Shown here piece by piece: positions 54,235-64,000 of a stretch of DNA of 64,000 nucleotides. Each line of letters opens with the position of its first letter. Position 1 is the stretch's first letter. The notes under the pieces were generated by a model. That model was not told the DNA's origin. It did not search any database and was given only the letters and a program-made list of their open reading frames with translations. The DNA comes from Candidatus Omnitrophota bacterium. Lineage in GTDB: Bacteria > Omnitrophota > Gorgyraeia > Zapsychrales > Zapsychraceae. The DNA lies in assembly GCA_021108075.1 (NCBI GenBank), contig JAIORP010000090.1, positions 15,828 to 79,827 on the forward strand, written 5' to 3'. The translations under genes and the position numbers were made by a program.

Positions 54235-56688
54235 TTATTCTTCTTTCGCGACAACATTCGCGATAGAACTCACTTCATCATTAGCGCTTAAATTAATCAA
54301 ACGAACGCCCTGAGCACTCCGCCCTGTTTGACGAATTTCCTGCGGAGAACAACGCACAATCATGCCTTTCTTGGTAACGGTCATCAGTTCATCTTCTGGC
54401 ATAATGGGTAAAGCCCCGACAACCAGACCGTTTCGGTTTGTAACTTTAACGTTAATAATCCCCTTTCCTCCTCGTGATTGTGTTCGATATGCAGCAAAAT
54501 CAGATCTTTTTGCATAACCTAACGTTGTCACGGTTATCAATGTGCTTCCCGTCTTAGAAACATCCGGAGGAAAGACTAGCATGCTAACAACAATATCCCC
54601 TTTCGCTAAATTAATACCTTTAACGCCTCGAGCTGCTCGGCCCATGTCTCTCGCCTGCTTTTCATTAAAACGCAAAGATTTCCCCGACCGGGTTGCCAAT
54701 AAAATATCATATTTACCGTTGCTAATCGACGTTCCGATCAACTTATCACCCTTATCGAGGTTTATGCCGACGATGCCTCCCTTTCGAGGGTTGCTAAAAG
54801 CCGATAGTTTTGTTTTCTTTATGTTGCCATTTGACGTCGCCATGACAACAAACTGGTTATCAGAAAACTCCTTAACCGCTACAATCGAACTAATTTCTTC
54901 ATCTTTTTTAAACGAAGCAAGCAAATTAACAATATTTTTCCCTTTAGCGCTTCTAGACGCGACCGGTATTTCATAAACCTTAAGCCAGCGTACAATTCCC
55001 TTGCTCGAAAAAATTAAAAGATAATCTTTCGAAGAAGCAACAAAAACCTGTTTCACAAAATCTTCTTCCCGGGTTGTCATCGCTGAAACACCTTTGCCGC
55101 CTCTGCGTTGTTTGCGATAGGAAGACACGGCTAAACGTTTAATATACGCATTGTTGCTGATTGTTATCGCCATGCATTCTTCAGCAATAAGATCTTCAAT
55201 CTCAATTTCTTCCGCCTTGGCGGCAATTTCTGTTCGCCTCTCGTCACCGAACTTTTTCTTTATGGCGTTTAAGTCTTCTTTTATAATGGCTTCTATTTTC
55301 ATCTCTGAGGCTAGTATTGCGCGGTAGCTTTCAATGTCTTTTAACAAAGCTTTATATTCCTGGTCGATTTTAGTTCTTTCTAAAGCCGTCAACCGCTGCA
55401 GTTGCATTTCTAAAATTGATTGCGATTGAATCTCCGACAAATTAAATTTTTTCATCAGATTAACTTTTGCTATTTGCGTTGATTTCGACTCCCTGATTGT
55501 TTTAATAATTTGATCAATATGATCAAGCGCAATTTTTAACCCTTCCAATATATGGGCCCGTCTTAAGGCTTTATCTAAATCAAATTGTGTGCGTCGTCGA
55601 ATAACCGAGCGACGATGGTTCACAAACAACATTAAAATTTGTTTTAAGCTCAAAACTTTTGGACTATTATTGACTAATGCCAAATTAATAATTCCAAAAG
55701 TAATTTCCATCTGGGTGTGTTTATACAAATAATTCAGGACGATTTGCGGCTCTGTGTCTCGTTTTAATTCAATAACAACACGAATACCGTCCTTGTCGGA
55801 TTCATCGCGGATATCAGAAACGCCTTCAAGTTTCTTTTGGTTAACCATCGACGCTATAGCCTTAACAAGATTTGCTTTGTTAACTTGATACGGTACTTCC
55901 GTAATAATAATCGTATCTTTACTGCCTTTTTGTCGCTCTATATTTGCTTTGGCCCGAACAGTTAGCTTGCCTCTTCCCGTGTTATAGGCACTCACGATTC
56001 CTTCGCGTCCACAAATAATACCAGCGGTTGGAAAATCAGGTCCCTTAATATACCGCATCAATTGTTTTGGTGTCGCATCTGGATTATCAATCAAAAAATT
56101 TATCCCATCTACAACCTCACCTAAATTATGCGGTGGCATGTTTGTCGCCATACCAACGGCAATACCACTGGACCCATTAATTAATAAATTAGGTAAAACA
56201 GCAGGTAATACTGTCGGTTCGTTTTTTGTTCCATCAAAATTCGAAGAAAAATCGACTGTTTGTTTGTCTATGTCGGCCAGCAACTGGGCAGAAATGGCGG
56301 ATAAACGCGCTTCAGTATAACGATACGCTGCCGCGCTATCACCGTCAATAGACCCAAAATTTCCCTGCCCGTTGATCAGTGGATAACGCAAAGAGAACTC
56401 CTGGACCATTCGGACCAACGTATCATAAACAGCCATGTCGCCGTGTGGATGATACTTGCCCAACACTTCTCCGACGATGGTTGCGCACTTTTTGAATGGT
56501 TTTCCGTAATCAAGACCCAATTCCTTCATCGCAAATAAAATTCGTCGATGAACAGGTTTTAACCCATCACGAACATCGGGCAACGCTCGACCGACAATTA
56601 CACTCATTGAATAAGACAAATAAGACTTCTTCATTTCTTCTTCAATATTAACAGGAAATATCTTCTCTTGAGCTGTTAATTCTCTCAT
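54235..56688 (-). CDS. gyrA: DNA gyrase subunit A
   Basis: [30 protein letters not shown] and the GyrA box QRRGGKG. Confidence 0.98.
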   Translation of the reverse strand: MRELTAQEKIFPVNIEEEMKKSYLSYSMSVIVGRALPDVRDGLKPVHRRILFAMKELGLDYGKPFKKCATIVGEVLGKYHPHGDMAVYDTLVRMVQEFSLRYPLINGQGNFGSIDGDSAAAYRYTEARLSAISAQLLADIDKQTVDFSSNFDGTKNEPTVLPAVLPNLLINGSSGIAVGMATNMPPHNLGEVVDGINFLIDNPDATPKQLMRYIKGPDFPTAGIICGREGIVSAYNTGRGKLTVRAKANIERQKGSKDTIIITEVPYQVNKANLVKAIASMVNQKKLEGVSDIRDESDKDGIRVVIELKRDTEPQIVLNYLYKHTQMEITFGIINLALVNNSPKVLSLKQILMLFVNHRRSVIRRRTQFDLDKALRRAHILEGLKIALDHIDQIIKTIRESKSTQIAKVNLMKKFNLSEIQSQSILEMQLQRLTALERTKIDQEYKALLKDIESYRAILASEMKIEAIIKEDLNAIKKKFGDERRTEIAAKAEEIEIEDLIAEECMAITISNNAYIKRLAVSSYRKQRRGGKGVSAMTTREEDFVKQVFVASSKDYLLIFSSKGIVRWLKVYEIPVASRSAKGKNIVNLLASFKKDEEISSIVAVKEFSDNQFVVMATSNGNIKKTKLSAFSNPRKGGIVGINLDKGDKLIGTSISNGKYDILLATRSGKSLRFNEKQARDMGRAARGVKGINLAKGDIVVSMLVFPPDVSKTGSTLITVTTLGYAKRSDFAAYRTQSRGGKGIINVKVTNRNGLVVGALPIMPEDELMTVTKKGMIVRCSPQEIRQTGRSAQGVRLINLSANDEVSSIANVVAKEE

Positions 56689-56737
56689 TTTGTTACAATA
56701 CCTTTCTTTTCTAATAACTGAAAAACCAAATAATTAA

Positions 56738-59481
<2,744 letters not shown>

Positions 59482-59484
59482 TTT

Positions 59485-60573
59485 TTATATTCTCATCGGT
59501 AAAGCAAGATATAAATAATCAGCCATTCTAAAAATAGCCGGTTTATCCGTCCCCAACAGTTCCATAAAAGAATATTTTTCATTTATATTTTTCAGGTAAT
59601 CAATTAAGTACTGTGGATTAAAACCGACCACCAATTCTTCTCCTGTATATTCAATGACGACCTCTTCTCTCGATTCTCCAATGTCTGGTGTTTGTTTCGA
59701 AACAACCAATTTATCTTTAAATACTTCAAATTTTATCGCTTGAAAATCGGGAGTGGCCAATAAATTAGCACGTCTAATTGCAGATAATATATCTTTTGTT
59801 AAAACTTTAATTTTAGTGGTCGTTTCTTTTGGTATAACCTGATTATAATTAGGAAAATCACCTTCAATAACTCTCGTCGCGATTAAAACGCTATCAATAT
59901 CAAATAAAACCTGATTAGAACCAACAACAAAAGAAACAACTCCCTCATCCGTCAAGTTTCGCATAATTTCCTGAACAGCTTTAATGGGTAATATAACAGA
60001 TATTTCTTTTTTCGTTACATTTTTTAACTGTTTTTGTATTTTTGCCAACCGTCGCCCATCCGTTGCGACAATCTTTATATGATTGTCGATAATTTCCAAC
60101 AAAACGCCATTGAGCACGTATCTTGATTCCTCATGCGAAACAGCAAAAGCTGTTAATTGAAACATCTCCTTCAATAATTCCTGATCGAGTTGAAAAACTT
60201 CCTTGTCTTTAAACTCTGGAAATTTAGGGAATTCATCTTTGGGTAAACCGTTTAATTTGAATCGGCATAATTGTCCTTCAATGTCGACTTGATTGTTTTT
60301 TTTCGCGTTAATAGTGATCTCTCCTTGCGGCAATTCTTTGACAATATCGCTAAAACGTTTTGCTGGAATTGTTATCCCCCCTTCTCCAACAATATCCACA
60401 GGTACTTCACAGGATATACCGATATCTAAATCGGTCGCATTAAGTATTAATTTATTGTCTTTTGTTTGTAATAAAATATTAGATAATATAGGTAATGAAA
60501 TTTTATTAGATACTATATTATAAACGGTTTGTATTCCTGCTAAAAGGTTCTCTTTTGAAATTTTAATTTTCAT
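59485..60573 (-). CDS. dnaN: DNA polymerase III beta clamp
   Basis: LPILSNILL, ATDLDI, VATDGRRLA, GFNPQYL and C-terminal LPMRI. Confidence 0.97.
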   Translation of the reverse strand: MKIKISKENLLAGIQTVYNIVSNKISLPILSNILLQTKDNKLILNATDLDIGISCEVPVDIVGEGGITIPAKRFSDIVKELPQGEITINAKKNNQVDIEGQLCRFKLNGLPKDEFPKFPEFKDKEVFQLDQELLKEMFQLTAFAVSHEESRYVLNGVLLEIIDNHIKIVATDGRRLAKIQKQLKNVTKKEISVILPIKAVQEIMRNLTDEGVVSFVVGSNQVLFDIDSVLIATRVIEGDFPNYNQVIPKETTTKIKVLTKDILSAIRRANLLATPDFQAIKFEVFKDKLVVSKQTPDIGESREEVVIEYTGEELVVGFNPQYLIDYLKNINEKYSFMELLGTDKPAIFRMADYLYLALPMRI

Positions 60574-60609
60574 GTGTTATTAACTCCGTGACGATTAGCT
60601 ATTTTTTGG

Positions 60610-60710
60610 GAACTAAAATAGTCGTAGTTATAATAGGACATGTGAATAATTTGAATAAGAACAAAAAGTATTGAAAAATAATGGGTTATGACATTTTTGC
60701 CTGTGAATAA
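60610..60710 (-). promoter_or_regulatory. oriC part 1: DnaA boxes with a DnaA-trio unwinding element
   Basis: TTATTCACA boxes on the minus strand at 60641-60649 and 60702-60710; the first is followed by TGTC-CTATTATAACTACGACTA trinucleotide repeats. Confidence 0.75.
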
Positions 60711-60729
60711 GTTTTGCATTAATGATGAA

Positions 60730-62064
60730 TTATTGTTTTAAAACTGTGTACAAATGATGGATGCTTTTGCTGTAAATATCTCCGCTGTCTTTGTATTTAT
60801 CAACCTTTTTGCAAGAATGCAAAACAGTTGTATGATCTCGACCACCAAACGCGCTGCCAATTTCAGGTAAAGACATGTTCGTTAATTTTCGAGATAAATA
60901 CATGGCAACTTGTCTTGGAATAACAATATTTCTGCTACGTCTTTTAGATTTTAAATCGAGCAAAGAAACATTAAAATAATGACAGGTTGCTTTTAAAATC
61001 ATTTCAATACTAATAATTTTTACACTCTGTTTAACCATATCTTTTAATATAATTGTGGCCATATCTAATAAAATAGGTCTTTCTTCTAATAAAGAATAAG
61101 CGACAACCCTCACCAAAGCACCTTCTAATTCTCTAATGTTCGTTTTTATTTGTTCGGCAATAAAATAAATAACGTCGTCGGGAACATTAACGGATTCTCT
61201 TTCTATTTTTTTTCGTAAAATCGCAACACGCGTTTCAAAATCCGGTGGTTGAATATCAGCAATTAAGCCCCAGGCAAAGCGAGAGCTTAATCGTTCTTCA
61301 AGATTAGCTATTTCTTTTGGCGGCCTATCAGATGTAATAATGATTTGTCGTCGATTATTATGCAAATAATTAAACGTGTGGAAGAATTCTTCTTGGGTTG
61401 ATTCTTTTCCGGCGATGAAATGAATGTCATCAATGAGTAAAACATCAATTTCTCTATATTTTTTTCTAAATTGATTTGTTGAGCGATGACGGATAGCCTC
61501 AATCAATTCATTTGTGAATTTTTCAGATGTCAGATAAGCGGATTTGAGACCAGGCTGATTATTTTTGATATAATGCGTGATGGATTGAATTAAATGTGTT
61601 TTCCCTAAACCGACTTGACCGTAAATAAATAACGGGTTGTAAGCTTTAGCTGGTGATTCAGCGACGGCGAGGCTGGCGGCACAGGCAAATCTGTTTGAAG
61701 AGCCAATAACAAAATTATCAAAAGTGAAACGATCATTAAGATCGATAATGTTATTAGTTTGAGGTAAATTGATTTTTGGAACAGCTGGCATAGAAGGGGA
61801 GGGCTGAGTGTTAAGTATCAGATCATTGACAATATAATTTATATTTAAATTGTCGTCAGTGCAAGTTTTTATGCTTTCTGTGATAATTTTTTGATAATGA
61901 TCGATAATCCAATTTTTAAAAAAATCGTCAGGGGTTTCGATGGTCAGTGTGTTGGTGTCAGTTTGTTGGACATGGAGAGAGGCGAACCATGTATCATAGG
62001 ATGTGACACCGATGGTGTCTTTTAATTTGGGTTGGATGCTATTCCAAATATCAATAGGTTTCAT
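60730..62064 (-). CDS. dnaA: Chromosomal replication initiator DnaA
   Basis: YNPLFIYGQVGLGKTHL, LLIDDIHF, NIRELEGAL and GGRDHTTVLH motifs. Confidence 0.98.
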   Translation of the reverse strand: MKPIDIWNSIQPKLKDTIGVTSYDTWFASLHVQQTDTNTLTIETPDDFFKNWIIDHYQKIITESIKTCTDDNLNINYIVNDLILNTQPSPSMPAVPKINLPQTNNIIDLNDRFTFDNFVIGSSNRFACAASLAVAESPAKAYNPLFIYGQVGLGKTHLIQSITHYIKNNQPGLKSAYLTSEKFTNELIEAIRHRSTNQFRKKYREIDVLLIDDIHFIAGKESTQEEFFHTFNYLHNNRRQIIITSDRPPKEIANLEERLSSRFAWGLIADIQPPDFETRVAILRKKIERESVNVPDDVIYFIAEQIKTNIRELEGALVRVVAYSLLEERPILLDMATIILKDMVKQSVKIISIEMILKATCHYFNVSLLDLKSKRRSRNIVIPRQVAMYLSRKLTNMSLPEIGSAFGGRDHTTVLHSCKKVDKYKDSGDIYSKSIHHLYTVLKQ

Positions 62065-62102
62065 ATCTCTATGATTCTGAATGATTTATAAATGTCTCAA
62101 AT

Positions 62103-62144
62103 TTATTCACAATTTATCCAACGTTGTGGAAAAAATGTGAATAA
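62103..62144. promoter_or_regulatory. oriC part 2 / dnaA promoter DnaA-box cluster
   Basis: TTATTCACA at 62103-62111, TGTGGAAAA at 62125-62133 and TGTGAATAA at 62136-62144, in an AT-rich intergenic region. Confidence 0.75.
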
Positions 62145-62419
62145 GTATTTTATCAATGCCTTTACGACGGGAAAAGATGCCAGAAATAAGTAAATTAAAA
62201 ATGAATGTTATATTATAGCAAACAGAAAAATTATTTCAAATCAAATTTTTCCATAATATAAAAACATTGCATAACAATGACTTCCAAACCAACAAGAATT
62301 TATTTAAAAAAAAATGGTTTTGAATCATCACTATCAGCCAAAAATAGGTGTTTTTTTTATAATACAATAGAGGAGAATAAGTTTTATTCCTAAGTGAAAA
62401 AAATAATACCTTAAAATTC

Positions 62420-62447
62420 TTGACTAACAAAAGTCCTATGATATAAT
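62420..62447 (+). promoter_or_regulatory. Sigma70 promoter of rpmH
   Basis: TTGACT-16 nt-TATAAT with an extended TG; the ATG is 9 nt downstream. Confidence 0.6.
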
Positions 62448-62456
62448 TGTCGAATC

Positions 62457-62594
62457 ATGAAAAAGAATTTAAAGACTCCAACAATTTTAAAAGGTAAAAG
62501 AAAGCACGGTTTCCGTAAAAGAATGGAATCGTCCACAGGGCAGGACATCATAAATCGCCGACGAGCTAAGGGTAGAAAAAAAGTTTCAAAATAG
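62457..62594 (+). CDS. rpmH: 50S ribosomal protein L34 (45 aa, not in the ORF track)
   Basis: [45 protein letters not shown]; divergent from dnaA. Confidence 0.95.
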   Translation: MKKNLKTPTILKGKRKHGFRKRMESSTGQDIINRRRAKGRKKVSK

Positions 62595-62636
62595 ATCATT
62601 AAATAAAATTATACGAACATTATTTAAGGATCATAA

Positions 62637-62867
62637 ATGACGAAATTTAACAATTTATTGGATAAATTTATCATATTTCTAATAAAATTTTACCAAATTT
62701 TTAGTCGTACATTTTTACCCCGAACATGCCGATTCTATCCATGCTGTTCTCAATATACCATTGAAGCCGTACAAAAGTACGGCTTTATTCATGGTTCAAT
62801 TAAATCACTCATCCGAATTCTGCGATGTTCTCCTTTTACAGGGGGAGGATATGACCCATTAAGGTAA
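62637..62867 (+). CDS. yidD: Membrane protein insertion efficiency factor YidD
   Basis: [18 protein letters not shown] and GGYDP motifs. Confidence 0.95.
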   Translation: MTKFNNLLDKFIIFLIKFYQIFSRTFLPRTCRFYPCCSQYTIEAVQKYGFIHGSIKSLIRILRCSPFTGGGYDPLR

Positions 62868-62871
62868 ATAT

Positions 62872-64000
62872 ATGGAAAAAAGGTTAATAATTGCTATAAC
62901 TTTATCATTTATAATTTTAATAATTTGGACACGTTTATTCCCGCAACTGAAAAAAGATACAGTAATTCCAAAAACGCAACAGATTAATCAACAGCAATTG
63001 GACGTGACGGAGCCAATATTGTTGCCAGGCGAGAAGGTTTTGTCTAATCAGAAACATCAAGAGGAAGAGACACAAAGCATTGAGACAGAAGAGGTTAGAG
63101 TTGGGTTTTCGAATATAGGCGCTAATATTGTCAATATATTTTTAAAAAAGTACGATCAAACATTACCCGTCACAAAAATCCTTCAAGAAGACCGCCTATC
63201 TCAGGCCGCTTTCCGTGTTATAAGCCAAACAGACAAAGAAATTTTGTTCGAATTTGATGATAATGGTTCAAAAATTTTCAAAAAATTTGAATTTATTGAT
63301 GATTTTAGCCTGATCGCCGAAATATCCGGTTCTTCAAATCCTTCGGAACATACGACACTATTTAATTTAGATATGACAGAGATACAAGAACCCACCAAAA
63401 GAGACATGAATGCAGAAAGAAGCCGAAGTTTATTTGAATATATGATTAATACAAGTGAAAAAATAATTAGGAAAAACAAGGCATTCAAATTTAACAATAA
63501 AGATCAACGTTTAGGCATTGAAAACGCTGATTGGTTGGGCTTTAGAACAAGATATTTTTGCTTTGTTGTAAACCCATTATTTGATGGGGCCCAATATGAT
63601 ATTAATCCAGAGTCAAGTTTTGTCTTGAACTTTAAGGAAAAATTTTCTTCCGGATCGTCGAGAAAATATCATTTATTTTTTGGGCCAGAAAATAACAATA
63701 TTTTAAAAAAATATGAGTATAATTACGATAAAATTAAAAGGTACTATAAATTAGGTATTTTTGATATTACTGCTAAAGTAATTTATTCTATATTAAATTT
63801 AATCAATAAATTTGTGCCGAATTGGGGTGTTTGCATAATATTAATTAGTATTATAGTATATTTCTCGATGTACCCATTGACGCAAAAAGGCCTTAAATCC
63901 ATGAAAAAAATGCAGGCTTTGCAACCGCAATTAGCAACGATAAGAGAGAAGTATAAGGATAATCCACAAAAATTGAACCAAGAAATGATGGAATTATACA
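62872..64000 (+). CDS. yidC: Membrane protein insertase YidC (3' truncated by the window)
   Basis: MEKRLIIAITLSFIILIIW...; NWGVCIILI...YPLTQK..KSMKKMQALQPQL...YKDNPQKLNQEMMELY. Confidence 0.95.
   Translation, partial: MEKRLIIAITLSFIILIIWTRLFPQLKKDTVIPKTQQINQQQLDVTEPILLPGEKVLSNQKHQEEETQSIETEEVRVGFSNIGANIVNIFLKKYDQTLPVTKILQEDRLSQAAFRVISQTDKEILFEFDDNGSKIFKKFEFIDDFSLIAEISGSSNPSEHTTLFNLDMTEIQEPTKRDMNAERSRSLFEYMINTSEKIIRKNKAFKFNNKDQRLGIENADWLGFRTRYFCFVVNPLFDGAQYDINPESSFVLNFKEKFSSGSSRKYHLFFGPENNNILKKYEYNYDKIKRYYKLGIFDITAKVIYSILNLINKFVPNWGVCIILISIIVYFSMYPLTQKGLKSMKKMQALQPQLATIREKYKDNPQKLNQEMMELY

Noticed and set aside
62236-63497. Minus-strand ORFs 62236..62430, 62411..62599 and 63201..63497
   Set aside because: They lie in the origin region or antisense to rpmH and yidC; none resembles RnpA.

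Overview
Bacterial chromosomal window around the replication origin. The gene content (a giant protein gene beside a Tad pilus locus) suggests Candidatus Omnitrophota; this is inference, not a database result. The left 26 kb is one uninterrupted minus-strand ORF (25972 to <1, at least 8657 codons) that the ORF track omits because its stop codon lies outside the window. By manual translation it carries a membrane anchor, a C39-type cysteine peptidase followed by a double-glycine-like site, two Gly/Ala-rich hydrophobic blocks, a degenerate SecA/SF2 ATPase module, an HExxH metallopeptidase motif and a tail of ~150-aa repeats. Upstream on the same strand are a DUF1016-N/thermonuclease fusion gene, a repeat-rich non-coding region and a ~21-kb Tad/Flp pilus locus. 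That locus holds tadC, tadB, 11 prepilin-type genes (including a 1655-aa Cys-rich TadG-like protein), a transposase-like protein, DUF192, a CpaE-CpaF double-ATPase fusion, a secretin-TonB fusion, CpaB and a PPIase. Next come mdh, a nitrilase, a GST pseudogene, pspC, tRNA-Glu, gyrA, gyrB, DUF721, dnaN, dnaA with a bipartite oriC, and rpmH-yidD-yidC with no rnpA. Several structured leaders and repeats are candidate regulatory RNAs or mobile miniature elements. All domain calls come from motifs read by eye.
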